A DNA stretch of 64,000 nt from Minisyncoccia bacterium (lineage in GTDB: Bacteria > Patescibacteriota > Minisyncoccia > Phycocordibacterales > UBA9973), in the NCBI GenBank assembly GCA_038244685.1, contig JBBRTD010000001.1, forward strand, positions 166,392-230,391, given 5' to 3'. The first letter of the stretch is position 1. Every line of letters begins with the position of its first letter. Shown one piece after another: positions 29,263 to 39,730 of the stretch. A model generated the notes under the pieces. That model ran no database searches, was not told where the DNA came from, and worked only from the letters and a program-made list of their open reading frames with translations. The translations under genes and the position numbers were made by a program.

Positions 29263-29778
29263 TTATTTTCTTTTAGTCTGGGTAAATTTTTCGTGAACGG
29301 TAGAATAAGAGAAAAGCTCAGTTTCTGAAAACCAATAATCAATTTCTTGTTTTGCTTCTTCTACATCTCCTGATGCGTGTATAATATTTGGAATTCCTAC
29401 ATCATTTTGATCTGCGTGAACAAAACTCATATGAGAATAATCCCCACGAATAGTTCCAGGTAAGGCTGACTTTGGTTCTGTAGCTCCAACCATTTTACGG
29501 ACAAGCGCCACAGCTTCTACTCCTTCAAGCACGAAAGCTATAACAGGGCCTTCATTCATCATAGAAAGTGTAACATCAAAAGCCTTCTGACCACGACGTG
29601 AAATCATTTTGCCAATATTTTCATAATGGTGGTAATAATGATCATAACTTGGCTGAAGCATTTTTGTTCCAACAATTTTTAATCCAGTTTTCTCAAAACG
29701 AGACAGAATCTCCCCTACAATACCACGTTGCACTGCATCTGGCTTAAAAACAATAAGAGAACGTTCTATGGTTGACAT
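29263..29778 (-). CDS. ndk: Nucleoside diphosphate kinase
   Basis: KPDAVQRG, PGTIRGD, NIIHASG. Confidence 0.96.
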   Translation of the reverse strand: MSTIERSLIVFKPDAVQRGIVGEILSRFEKTGLKIVGTKMLQPSYDHYYHHYENIGKMISRRGQKAFDVTLSMMNEGPVIAFVLEGVEAVALVRKMVGATEPKSALPGTIRGDYSHMSFVHADQNDVGIPNIIHASGDVEEAKQEIDYWFSETELFSYSTVHEKFTQTKRK

Positions 29779-29876
29779 AAATATAATATTTAATAAATCT
29801 AATAAAGTTCTAGTATTATATACCTAAATTCATACAAAAACAAAGACCACCTAAGGTAGTCTTTGTTTAAATATAT

Positions 29877-32612
29877 TTAGCTTTTATACTTTTCCATTAT
29901 TTCGGCTTCTACCTCTTCACGAGCGCGACCATATTTTAAGTAAGATAACTGTTTAATTTTTTCTACAATCTCAGGATCATTTCCTTTGGGGGTTAAGCTC
30001 CAATGAGAGGTCATACTAAAAGGTTTTACTGGCGTTCCACTCACAAGCATGCTTACATATGAATTAAAATTGTCTAGTTTAGTAATATCTGAAGCAGTAA
30101 AGGCTGGTTTAAATTTCTGTTCTACAAAGTTTGCATCTTCTGTACTGATACGATATATAGCCATCGAGCCAACGTTTCCAAAAACAGCATTTTTTATCCC
30201 CTCTTCTAATTGCGATATGTATTGATGAGCAATAGTTAAAGACAATCTATATTTACGTGCCTCAGAAAGAATTGATGAAATAGAGTCTGTCGTTACATTT
30301 TGAAACTCGTCTATATATAAATAAAAATCATTCATTTTTTTCCCATACATATCTACCCTAGAGAGTGCAGCCATTTGAATTTTACCAACAATAAGTAGGC
30401 CTATAAGATTGGCATTCACTTCTCCAAGTCTACCTTTCGAAAGATTTACAAGAAGAATTTTTTTATTATCCATTATGTCTCGGAAATTAAAAACAGATTT
30501 TTCCTGAAGAACAACTGGACGCATAATATCGTTTGAGATAAAGTTATCAAATTTAGAGGTAATGTAAGGAACAAAGTTGGCAATAGATTGATCGCCAGTT
30601 GTCTGCTCTGCGCTTTTCCAGAATTGAGTAATTATCGGATTTTTACAATGACTTAACTTCATATCACGAAATGCTTTGTCAGACAAAACTCTCCCGATTT
30701 CTAAAAGAGTTGCTCCACTTTCAGGATGTTCCATAACAAGAAAGGCCGAGTTTTTAAAATACTGTTCAAACATCGGACCTCCTGAAGTTTTCATGTCAAA
30801 AAGTTTATTGAAGATACCCATCAATTCATTTACAACGAAAGTTTTTTGTTCAGGATAATTTGGATCATATTCGAGCATATTAAGTCCCATTGGGCGAGCT
30901 GTATAAGCTGGATCAAAATAAATAACATCATCAATGCGCTCTTTGGGGACGTAACTTAAAATATCCTGAATATCACTTCCGTGTGGATCGATAAAACAAC
31001 AACCTTCACCATTTTTAATATCCTGGGCAATCATATTTTTCAAAATAGTTGTTTTACCTGTTCCAGTCTGACCTATGACATACATGTGACGCATTCTATC
31101 CTCTCGAGACATGCGAATCTCTGTATCTTTTCCGCGATAGCTATTTATACCAAGCAATATACCCTCATTCCCCATTTCCATCGGAGCAGGAGCAATCCCT
31201 GCTTTAGCAAGTTTAAGCTGAGAAGAGACGACTCCATAAGGAAAGTGAAAAATAGTTGCGAGTTCTTTTAAATTAAGAGGCATCTTATATTCATCAGAAA
31301 ATGTTCGATAAGAAAAATCATGAATAAGGTTCATTAAATCTCCACCCTTTGGATGATTAAAATTAAATCCATTTCTATCTGATTCTGTAAACTGATTAAA
31401 TGATGATTCTATTTCTGAAAGTATTTGCTCTGATCTTATTCTTGATTCAGCTGAAGCAATGATACGAATGTTTGTTGCCATAATAGTACTCTTCAATTTT
31501 TCTCCAATATATTCAACTGCTTTATCATTAACTTTCTTGTCTTCTTTCTTTTTAGAAGCACCAAAAAATAATTCAGAAGCTAAACTCTTGAATTCTTTTG
31601 TAACCTGGCGAGTCACACTTGAAGCTGTTCGAACAGACATGCCATCTTTTACATCAGCTAAAATAATATGAAATTTTCTAATTATTTCTTCATCTTCCGG
31701 ACAAATTGTAAGCTGGATTGAAGCTCCTTCTCCTGTCTTTTTAAGCTTAGTCAGAACATTAAGAATTATATTTAAAGGGTCGTGATCAATTGCATCATAA
31801 AGTTTAATAGGATAAACCTCGTGGTGAGCAAGCGTTGCGTAAGAGGCACTAATAAAACCATTCTCGGAGAAAACATTATAGTCATCTGGGACTTCTGTAA
31901 CTTTAGCATTTAAATGTACTCCCAATAATTGCTTCTCAAAAAGCTCAGCTTTGTGAACGGGCACTGCAACATAAAAAATAAAACTATCTGTTCCTTCTGC
32001 AAGTGCAATTTCCAAAGTAAAATGATTCCGGTTAAAATTTTCTCTACCTTCCCCTACTGAATGCATACCTGCATAGAATTGCTCCATTGCAGAAAGTAAT
32101 TCTTTTAATCCTTTTTTATTAGCATCATTGTCAGTAGCATCAGGCAAGGCAATTTCAAAAAGCTTCATATTGAGTGATTTGAAAAGTGGCGTACCTTCTT
32201 TAAGTCCAGGAACTTTATGTGTTGTATATAAATATTGAACAAGGAAACGATGGAAGTCGTCATCTAAATGAGGATTATTCATTTTAGCAACAACAGAAAG
32301 AGCATTTGAAATTCCTTTATCTAATAGGACTCCCAATAATTCTTCCATTTTACTGTCATGTGTTTCTGGCTGTAATCTTAAAACAAAATTTTCAATGTCA
32401 CTTTTCTTCATAACGGCATTTTTATGCAAAACACTTTCTGGTTCATATTTACGATATTCAGAGATCACATTATGAGCAAGGTCTTCTTTGTTTACCTCCC
32501 TACCTTGTTCATTCAAAGCTTTTTCTCTCTCGGCAATATGAGCACGCAAAAAAGTTAACTCCTCTTCTGGAGTTTTAAATTTAGGTGCATTATTTAGATT
32601 AAATCCTTCCAT
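29877..32612 (-). CDS. VirD4/TraG/HerA-like P-loop ATPase
   Basis: GQTGTGKT, FIDPHG, LYIDEFQ, EARKY..AHQ. Confidence 0.9.
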   Translation of the reverse strand: MEGFNLNNAPKFKTPEEELTFLRAHIAEREKALNEQGREVNKEDLAHNVISEYRKYEPESVLHKNAVMKKSDIENFVLRLQPETHDSKMEELLGVLLDKGISNALSVVAKMNNPHLDDDFHRFLVQYLYTTHKVPGLKEGTPLFKSLNMKLFEIALPDATDNDANKKGLKELLSAMEQFYAGMHSVGEGRENFNRNHFTLEIALAEGTDSFIFYVAVPVHKAELFEKQLLGVHLNAKVTEVPDDYNVFSENGFISASYATLAHHEVYPIKLYDAIDHDPLNIILNVLTKLKKTGEGASIQLTICPEDEEIIRKFHIILADVKDGMSVRTASSVTRQVTKEFKSLASELFFGASKKKEDKKVNDKAVEYIGEKLKSTIMATNIRIIASAESRIRSEQILSEIESSFNQFTESDRNGFNFNHPKGGDLMNLIHDFSYRTFSDEYKMPLNLKELATIFHFPYGVVSSQLKLAKAGIAPAPMEMGNEGILLGINSYRGKDTEIRMSREDRMRHMYVIGQTGTGKTTILKNMIAQDIKNGEGCCFIDPHGSDIQDILSYVPKERIDDVIYFDPAYTARPMGLNMLEYDPNYPEQKTFVVNELMGIFNKLFDMKTSGGPMFEQYFKNSAFLVMEHPESGATLLEIGRVLSDKAFRDMKLSHCKNPIITQFWKSAEQTTGDQSIANFVPYITSKFDNFISNDIMRPVVLQEKSVFNFRDIMDNKKILLVNLSKGRLGEVNANLIGLLIVGKIQMAALSRVDMYGKKMNDFYLYIDEFQNVTTDSISSILSEARKYRLSLTIAHQYISQLEEGIKNAVFGNVGSMAIYRISTEDANFVEQKFKPAFTASDITKLDNFNSYVSMLVSGTPVKPFSMTSHWSLTPKGNDPEIVEKIKQLSYLKYGRAREEVEAEIMEKYKS

Positions 32613-32667
32613 AAGAATTATTATATCACACTACAATACTAAAACAGAAAATACGGGCGTCCATAAA

Positions 32668-33432
32668 CTATATTGTTAAAATTTCAGCATCACCTTCTGT
32701 GATGAGAATTGAGTGCTCAAAGTGAGCAGAGCGAGAACCATCGGCTGTTTTTATTGTCCAATTATCATTAGCGCTCACAATATACTGTTTACCAATATTT
32801 AACATTGGCTCAATTGCAATAATCATTCCTGGTATCAGTTTCTGCCCTTTTCCAGCTTTTCCATAATTTGGAACATAAGGATCTTCATGTATTTTTACTC
32901 CAACCCCATGTCCAGCTAGTTCTCTTACTATTCCATATTTTCTATTTACGAATGACTCAATAGCATGCCCTATATCCCCGACAGTAGCCCCTCCACGAGC
33001 GGCCCAAATGCCTATTTCCAGCGCTTTTTTAGTATCATCGAGTAGTTTTTGGTCATTCTTTGTTATCTTGCCTACAGGGACAGTAACGGCATGATCAGTA
33101 AATAGACCCTTGTATTTAATCCCTAAATCAAGAGAAACAATGTCACCTTCTTTTAATATCTTTGTTTTAAGGGGAATTCCATGAACAATCTCATTGTTAA
33201 CGGAAATACAGATAGAAGCTGGAAATGCTTTTGGGGCACCTTCTGGTCTATAGTTTAAAAAGGCAGGAGTAGCACCTTCTTCTTTAATAAAATCAAAAGC
33301 AAACTTGTCTAGGTCGTAAGTCGAAATACCTGGAGCTACCTTTTTAGCAACTTTTCTTAAAACCTTTGCTAAAATCTTGCCTCCTTCTCTAATAATCTCT
33401 ATTTGTTCTTTTGTTTTTATTATTACTGACAT
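32668..33432 (-). CDS. map: Methionine aminopeptidase type I
   Basis: SVNNEIVHGIP, GHGVG..HEDP, EPM, SAHFEH. Confidence 0.97.
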   Translation of the reverse strand: MSVIIKTKEQIEIIREGGKILAKVLRKVAKKVAPGISTYDLDKFAFDFIKEEGATPAFLNYRPEGAPKAFPASICISVNNEIVHGIPLKTKILKEGDIVSLDLGIKYKGLFTDHAVTVPVGKITKNDQKLLDDTKKALEIGIWAARGGATVGDIGHAIESFVNRKYGIVRELAGHGVGVKIHEDPYVPNYGKAGKGQKLIPGMIIAIEPMLNIGKQYIVSANDNWTIKTADGSRSAHFEHSILITEGDAEILTI

Positions 33433-33540
33433 ATATACTTATACTAGTCCAAAAAATCAATATAATCAAATCGACCCCCAGATAGCGGCAAGGCCGCTAT
33501 CTGGGGAAAATTGTTTATATTCTTAAATTTTTATCAGGAA

Positions 33541-34230
33541 TTAGTCTTTTATCGTTGTTCCCTTAAAAGGAATACCATTCAAATAATTTTCAAGACTCTC
33601 TAGGTTGTGACCTGACATAAAGGCAACTTCCATTCCTTCCCTCTCGGCTTTTTCCGAAGCTACTGGATCAAACGGAGTGCTTAAGCCTGGTCTCCACTCT
33701 GTAGAAATATAAGTTCTGTAATCTTTCCAAGTAACATTTTCGAATTTTTTAGCATTGGGATTTTCTTTTGGATCACTATCATAAACATAATCAATATTTG
33801 AAATATTAATTATCTTTTTAGCATTTAATTGTTCAGCAATAAGGACAGCACACATATCAGTAGAAAATCCTGGTTTATATCCAGCTCCAATAATAATACT
33901 ACTATCTACTTCTTTGACCATTTTAGGATCAATAATTATATCTCCATGAGCAAAACCACCAAAAGATAATCTTACAAGTTGTGCATTTAAACGAGTTGTA
34001 TATATTCCCATCCAGTCTAATTCATCATGAGTCGCACTTATAATTTTATCTAAAGCTGCATTGTATCTTCGGCAGGTTTTACCACCACCTACTACAATTA
34101 CAAACTTTTTATTTTTCCCTGCCCAATATAAAATTATATTTTTAAAAAGTACAATAAACTCAGGACTGGGAACGTCCGGAACGACGATAGCCCCACCTAA
34201 TGATATAATTATTGTTTCTTTTTTGGGCAT
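33541..34230 (-). CDS. pyrH: UMP kinase (archaeal-type)
   Basis: ISLGG, VVGGG, D.MGI..TRLNA, PGFSTD, VYDSDP, PFDPVA. Start at MPKKET. Confidence 0.9.
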   Translation of the reverse strand: MPKKETIIISLGGAIVVPDVPSPEFIVLFKNIILYWAGKNKKFVIVVGGGKTCRRYNAALDKIISATHDELDWMGIYTTRLNAQLVRLSFGGFAHGDIIIDPKMVKEVDSSIIIGAGYKPGFSTDMCAVLIAEQLNAKKIINISNIDYVYDSDPKENPNAKKFENVTWKDYRTYISTEWRPGLSTPFDPVASEKAEREGMEVAFMSGHNLESLENYLNGIPFKGTTIKD

Positions 34231-34231
34231 A

Positions 34232-34831
34232 TTATAGATATTTTTTAATATTATTGATAATATCTGTGTGAATTTCTTCGATTTTCCCTTCACCCTTTAT
34301 CTCAATATATTTATAGAAAGAATCTGATTTAATTTCCTCAATCATCGGTAATATATATTTATCATATTCATTTAGTCTACTTTCTATGGCTCCTTCATTG
34401 TCATCCCCCCTTCCGCGAGCAACCATACGACTTGTCACACTTTCTCTTGAAACATCAATATTAATTACTACAGCTTCTTCTCTTTTAACATAGTTTAGTA
34501 ATTCTTTAATTAACTTTAATTGATCGCTAGTTCGAGGGTATCCATCAAAAAGCAAAACTGATTCTTCGTCTAAAATATCGATTGTACTTCGAACAAATAA
34601 AGCATTAGTTAAAAAATCCGGCTGAAATTTACCCTGCTTCATACTCACATCACGAGCTATATCTTTTACATAACCTGGCTCTTTAAAAAAAGAACGAAAA
34701 ATATCTCCCATGACAATAGATTTAAAGGGAGTATTTAATTTTGATAGATATTGTTTTACAAGTTCAATCTGTGTCCCCTTACCAGAACCTGATCTTCCAA
34801 TAAATATAAATGTTTGTGGTTTATTTATCAT
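34232..34831 (-). CDS. adk: Adenylate kinase family (short LID)
   Basis: GRSGSGKGTQ, DGYPR, RGRGDD. Follows secY. Confidence 0.88.
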   Translation of the reverse strand: MINKPQTFIFIGRSGSGKGTQIELVKQYLSKLNTPFKSIVMGDIFRSFFKEPGYVKDIARDVSMKQGKFQPDFLTNALFVRSTIDILDEESVLLFDGYPRTSDQLKLIKELLNYVKREEAVVINIDVSRESVTSRMVARGRGDDNEGAIESRLNEYDKYILPMIEEIKSDSFYKYIEIKGEGKIEEIHTDIINNIKKYL

Positions 34832-34890
34832 AATTCTATTATATACTAAAAACGTTCAGACATAAAAAAAGACCCAATAACAGGTCTTTT

Positions 34891-36162
34891 TTAATACTCT
34901 CTCATCGACAGTTGTGCTTCAATCTTTTTAATTAAATCCAAAACAACAGAAACGACAATGAGCAGAGCGGTACCTCCGATTGCAAATGCAGTAATTCCGG
35001 TAATAGCTCTCATAATAAGAGGTAAGACAGCAATGATTCCAAGGAAGACAGCTCCGATGGTTGTAATGCGATTCAAAATTTTCTCTATGTAGTCACGAGT
35101 TGCAGGTCCTGGACGAATACCGGGAATAAAAGCACCATTCTTTTGCAAATTTGTAGCAAGCTGATCTGGATCGAAAGTAACAGCTGTATAAAAATATGTA
35201 AATAGGAAAACAAAGATGAAATAGAATAATGAGTATAACCAAGTATTGGCAACAAACCATAGTAAACCTCTTGAAATAGAAAGAAGAATAGTATTACTCA
35301 TTCCAGCTAAAGCATTACCGATAAGTTGAGGGAAAAGTAAAATAGAAAGTGCAAAAATAATCGGAATAACACCAGCCTGATTAACACGAAGTGGTAAGTA
35401 GGTTTGAGTTCCACCAGCGATATGATCCCCTCTAACTTGTTTAGCATAGGTAACAGGAATTGGGCGTTCAGCCTCAGTCATAACAACAACTCCAGCAACA
35501 ATCAAAACTCCTACAGCCAAGAATAACAAGTATAATGGCATATTTCCAACATTGAAAGTGAAAAGGAATTGAGAAATTTCTTTTGGTATATTCGCAACAA
35601 TTCCAGCGAAAATAATAAGAGATATACCGTTACCAATACCAAATTCAGACATCAACTCACCTATCCACATAATAAGCATTGAACCAGCAACGATCACAGA
35701 AAGATTAGCAAACATATTAAACATTGTTATATCACCCAATATTCCTTGTTTTTTTAATAAGAAAAGAAGTGCTAATCCTTGAACAATAGCCAAAGGAACA
35801 GTAATCATTCTACTGAATTGTGTAAACTTTTTACGCCCAATTTCTCCATCCTCTTGATACATTGCTTTCAAACGAGGAGACATGATTGTCAAAAGCTGCA
35901 TAATAATAGAAGCAGTAATATAAGGACCAACACCTAACATCATAATTGAAAGAGTTGAAAGCCCTCCACCTGAAAACATATTAAGAACTCCTAAAAATTG
36001 ATTATTATTTATGAAAGTCTGAAGTTTTATTGCATCAATACCTGGAATTGGAATTGCAGAAAGAAGTCTGAATAAAACTAGAGCTCCAAGCACAAATAAG
36101 ACACGGGATCGAAGTGTCTTATCAGTAAATATCATTCTTATTTTGTTCCAAACAGTTTCCAT
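34891..36162 (-). CDS. secY: Preprotein translocase SecY
   Basis: LGVGPYITASII, GIGNGISLIIF, GVIPIIFA, IPGIRPG. Confidence 0.98.
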   Translation of the reverse strand: METVWNKIRMIFTDKTLRSRVLFVLGALVLFRLLSAIPIPGIDAIKLQTFINNNQFLGVLNMFSGGGLSTLSIMMLGVGPYITASIIMQLLTIMSPRLKAMYQEDGEIGRKKFTQFSRMITVPLAIVQGLALLFLLKKQGILGDITMFNMFANLSVIVAGSMLIMWIGELMSEFGIGNGISLIIFAGIVANIPKEISQFLFTFNVGNMPLYLLFLAVGVLIVAGVVVMTEAERPIPVTYAKQVRGDHIAGGTQTYLPLRVNQAGVIPIIFALSILLFPQLIGNALAGMSNTILLSISRGLLWFVANTWLYSLFYFIFVFLFTYFYTAVTFDPDQLATNLQKNGAFIPGIRPGPATRDYIEKILNRITTIGAVFLGIIAVLPLIMRAITGITAFAIGGTALLIVVSVVLDLIKKIEAQLSMREY

Positions 36163-36164
36163 TT

Positions 36165-36593
36165 TTATTTAATAGTTCCAAGAGCCTTTTCAATCTTCTC
36201 TTTGGCTGTCTTAGAAAGAATACAATTTTCAACTGAAATTTTTACAGTTATTTCACCATTTCCAAGAATTTTGACAACAGGTAGCTTACCGGCAACTCGG
36301 CGAATAAGGTTTTTCTCAAATAATGTAGCTGGACTTACAATTGAACCTGGAGTAAATACATTTAAAGCTCCTACGTTTATTGGTGCTGGCTTTGTATCAA
36401 AAGATGCAAAACGGTAACCACGAAGTTTTGGAATTTTCTTGATGATATCACGCATTTGTGGGCGGCGCTTATTACCAGCACGGGCTGTCTGTCCCTTGCC
36501 TCCACGTCCGGAAGTCTTACCACGTGTACCTCCACGGCCTACGAGTCTAGCTTTTTTATTTGGGTGTTCTCTTTTTAATGTATGTAATTCCAT
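36165..36593 (-). CDS. rplO: 50S ribosomal protein L15
   Basis: GRGG.RGKTSGRGGKGQ.AR. Confidence 0.97.
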   Translation of the reverse strand: MELHTLKREHPNKKARLVGRGGTRGKTSGRGGKGQTARAGNKRRPQMRDIIKKIPKLRGYRFASFDTKPAPINVGALNVFTPGSIVSPATLFEKNLIRRVAGKLPVVKILGNGEITVKISVENCILSKTAKEKIEKALGTIK

Positions 36594-36602
36594 ATAATTT
36601 TA

Positions 36603-37274
36603 TTATTTAACTTCTGCTGATGATTCTTTATTTTCAACCTTAGCAAGAACTTCTGATTCTGCTATGAAGGCAGATACTTTTGGAAGTGAGGCAACGGCTT
36701 TTAATTGGTAAAGAGTCTTGTAAGCAACTCTTGCATTGTTTAATTTATTCTTACTTCCAGAATGAAGTTTTGCAGTAATATTCTTAAGTCCAGCTAATAT
36801 TAACATATCGCGAACAGTACTTCCTGCTACTAATCCTTTTCCACGGTTTGGCATCATTTCTAGTTTTGAACTTGAGAACTTAGATGAAACAGCATGAGTG
36901 ATAGACATTTCTTTTGTAGTCTTAATCTTAAACATGTTCTTCTTTGCTTGACGAAGTGCTTTCGCAATAGCCATAGCTGTATCTCCTCCTTTTCCAGTAC
37001 CAAGTCCAATTGAACCCTTTTTATCTCCAATAGCAAGTGCTACAGCAAATGTCATACGGCGTCCACCGGCAACGACACGAGTAACTCTTCTGATTGAAAC
37101 CATTTTCTGGTCAAATTCTGGTTTTGGTTTTTCAAAAAATGTTCTTGGCTTACGATCTCCCCCTTCACGCTTAGGTCCACGATTATTACTATTAGCCCCA
37201 TAACTTCTGTTGTTATTAAAAGGGGTACTGTTAGTATTGGTAGGTGTATTTTGTTTTGGTTTAGTTGTATCCAT
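36603..37274 (-). CDS. rpsE: 30S ribosomal protein S5
   Basis: RVTRVVAGGRR. Long N- and C-terminal extensions. Confidence 0.96.
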   Translation of the reverse strand: MDTTKPKQNTPTNTNSTPFNNNRSYGANSNNRGPKREGGDRKPRTFFEKPKPEFDQKMVSIRRVTRVVAGGRRMTFAVALAIGDKKGSIGLGTGKGGDTAMAIAKALRQAKKNMFKIKTTKEMSITHAVSSKFSSSKLEMMPNRGKGLVAGSTVRDMLILAGLKNITAKLHSGSKNKLNNARVAYKTLYQLKAVASLPKVSAFIAESEVLAKVENKESSAEVK

Positions 37275-37283
37275 ATATTTATA

Positions 37284-37625
37284 TTAAAACTTTAAACCGC
37301 CAGCACGTGCACTATCAGCAAGGGCCTTAATGCGTCCTGTATATTTAAATCCATTACGATCAAAAACACAAGATTTAATTCCTTTGGCAATTGAAGCTTT
37401 CGCAATATTTGTACCTGTTAAAATAGAACGTTCTGTTTTTGTACCTGTTTTAATATCCATGTCAGAAGCAGAAGCAACAGTAATACTCTTTGAGTCATCA
37501 ATCATCTGAACATAAATAAAAGTATTGGAACGGAAAACAGAAAGACGAGGGCATTCCGAAGTACCAAAAACTTTTGTACGAATCTTTTTCTTTAATCTTA
37601 ATCTTTTTTCTAATTTCTTGTTCAT
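37284..37625 (-). CDS. rplR: 50S ribosomal protein L18
   Basis: PRLSVFRSN, VFDRNG..Y.GR. Confidence 0.97.
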   Translation of the reverse strand: MNKKLEKRLRLKKKIRTKVFGTSECPRLSVFRSNTFIYVQMIDDSKSITVASASDMDIKTGTKTERSILTGTNIAKASIAKGIKSCVFDRNGFKYTGRIKALADSARAGGLKF

Positions 37626-37653
37626 AATTTTATTTATTAGTTGCTAGTTATAA

Positions 37654-38190
37654 CTATGCAGCCTTCTTTCCTTGCTTACGGCGAATAACTTCATCATTGT
37701 AACGGAAACCTTTACCTTTATAAGGCTCTGGCTTTTTCATTGATCGAACTGAAGCTGTAAATGAACCAACAAGTTCTTTATCGATACCTGTAATAGTAAC
37801 ATTGTTCTTCTCAGCAGTAACAGTCAAACCTTCAGGTATTATTATCTTAACAGGATGAGAGAACCCAAGTGCAAGATTAAGATTTTTTCCAACAACTTCT
37901 GATTTGAATCCAACTCCTTCTAATATAAGCTTTTTTGAATAACCTTCATTTACTCCAAGAACCATATTCTTCACATGAGAAGCATATGTACCCCAAAGTG
38001 CATTAACTGAACGGTCACCTACTTTATTTGGAGTGAAAGTAATTTCAGAACCATTGATGTGGATTGTAACAGGTCCAGGAAAAACTCTAACTAGAGAGCC
38101 TTTTGGTCCTTTAACGGAAAGAGTTACGCCAGAAAGGCTAACTTCTGTACCTGCGGGAACTATAACTGTTTGTTTTCCTATACGTGACAT
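37654..38190 (-). CDS. rplF: 50S ribosomal protein L6
   Basis: MSRIGK, LGFSHP, PEPYKGKG. Confidence 0.98.
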   Translation of the reverse strand: MSRIGKQTVIVPAGTEVSLSGVTLSVKGPKGSLVRVFPGPVTIHINGSEITFTPNKVGDRSVNALWGTYASHVKNMVLGVNEGYSKKLILEGVGFKSEVVGKNLNLALGFSHPVKIIIPEGLTVTAEKNNVTITGIDKELVGSFTASVRSMKKPEPYKGKGFRYNDEVIRRKQGKKAA

Positions 38191-38202
38191 ATATTTATTT
38201 GA

Positions 38203-38589
38203 TTACCACATTCTAAACAATACTTCTCCTCCGACCATTTCTTTACGTGCTTGTTTGTCTGTTAAAATTCCTTTTGGTGTTGAATAAACAGTAATAACTG
38301 AACCACCCTTTGAATATCGAATTTCTTTTGTACCTTTGTATACGCGGCATGATGATTTGGAAACGCGTTCTGCGCCTGTAACTTTTGGAGCACCGTCTAC
38401 ATAGACAATACCTAACTCAAGAACAGGAAAGCCTTTTAGCATTTTCTTTGAAACAGAAGATAAATAACCTTCTTTTTGTAGACATTCTGCTATTGCTAAT
38501 TTTACTTTAGAAAATGACACAGTAACTAGCTCGTGCTCTGCACGTCCAGCATTCTTTATCATATTTACCATGTTTGCTATTTGATCCAT
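38203..38589 (-). CDS. rpsH: 30S ribosomal protein S8
   Basis: DQIANM..IKNA, STPKG, GGEV. Confidence 0.97.
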   Translation of the reverse strand: MDQIANMVNMIKNAGRAEHELVTVSFSKVKLAIAECLQKEGYLSSVSKKMLKGFPVLELGIVYVDGAPKVTGAERVSKSSCRVYKGTKEIRYSKGGSVITVYSTPKGILTDKQARKEMVGGEVLFRMW

Positions 38590-38630
38590 ATATTTGATTT
38601 AATTTAACGAGCTTTATAAAAAGCTAAAGA

Positions 38631-38816
38631 CTACCAACTTGATTTACGAACTCCAGGAAGCATACCTTCATTGGCTAGCTCACGGAAGCAAATACGACAT
38701 AGACCGAAGTCTCTCATATATGCATGTCCACGTGAACAGCGAAAACAACGATTTGTTTCTCGTGTACTAAATTTTGACTTTTTTAAATGTCTTACTGTTA
38801 CTGATGTTTTTGCCAT
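38631..38816 (-). CDS. rpsN: 30S ribosomal protein S14 (zinc-binding short type)
   Basis: [21 protein letters not shown]. Confidence 0.97.
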   Translation of the reverse strand: MAKTSVTVRHLKKSKFSTRETNRCFRCSRGHAYMRDFGLCRICFRELANEGMLPGVRKSSW

Positions 38817-38936
38817 AAATAATTAACTTAAGAGTTAAACTCCCACATGGATTTCGATATCTCGTTTATTTTCTTAAACGTTTCGGTAAACCGAACCACT
38901 TAAGGAGACAAACGGATCTAAAACTCATGTCTGCTT

Positions 38937-38965
38937 ATACTAGCAAATGAATGAATGGTTGTCAA
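38937..38965 (-). promoter_or_regulatory. Internal promoter for the rpsN-secY segment
   Basis: Minus strand TTGACA-17-TAGTAT with TG extension, followed by a structured leader. Confidence 0.7.
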
Positions 38966-39069
38966 ATTAAATCGCGAGATAACAATATCCCTGACTAAAT
39001 CATATAATTAATTACATCTAAATTAAACAAAAAAGCCCATCAACGACAGGCTTTCTGTCGCTAATGAGC

Positions 39070-39624
39070 TTACTTAATTGGGTAAAGCACTTCACCAAGA
39101 TTGAATGAATTTGAATACAAAAAACGAATAATAAATATAATCATCCAAATAATAAGACCAAGAATCCACAATAGTAGATTAATCCAACCAAGAAACAAAC
39201 TAATTCCATAACCAAAGACAAGAGATTCTCTTATTGATTTTTTCTCATCACCAGGACAACAAAGATAGTATTCTTCCCCGTTAAGAGCCGCTTGATTTAA
39301 TCGATTTTTATCAATATTATCATTGTCTTCGCCACTAAATGATACTGGTATTATGGGCATTATTGCGTTCGTTATTTTCTTATTAACATTTTTTGAATCT
39401 GTTAAGACTGAATCAACAAACCAAAATAATGATTGCCCAGGCCAAATCAAACAAATTGGCAGATAAATGCGCTTTGGAGTCAAATTAAAATCCGGATAAT
39501 CAATTGCCACGCGTTTTCCTATTAAAACTTTTCTCCAATAAAATGTTCGCACCGATACAAACAGATACCCAACTGGTATCCATAGAATAATAAATCCCAA
39601 AATCAACATAGTTATTGTTTCCAT
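39070..39624 (-). CDS. Hypothetical membrane protein inserted between rplE and rpsN
   Basis: 184 aa with hydrophobic N- and C-terminal segments. Flanked by terminator hairpins. Confidence 0.7.
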   Translation of the reverse strand: METITMLILGFIILWIPVGYLFVSVRTFYWRKVLIGKRVAIDYPDFNLTPKRIYLPICLIWPGQSLFWFVDSVLTDSKNVNKKITNAIMPIIPVSFSGEDNDNIDKNRLNQAALNGEEYYLCCPGDEKKSIRESLVFGYGISLFLGWINLLLWILGLIIWMIIFIIRFLYSNSFNLGEVLYPIK

Positions 39625-39730
39625 TTTTTCAAGTATTAGTTATACATTTTCCGGTATATTAAATTATATGTAGTTAATTGTCAATGACAAAAATAAAAAC
39701 CCTTATCTCTAAGGGTTTTTATTTTAATAT

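Noticed and set aside
29877-32612. Conjugative element or ICE
   Set aside because: No relaxase, VirB genes, integrase or boundaries. Flanked by housekeeping genes.
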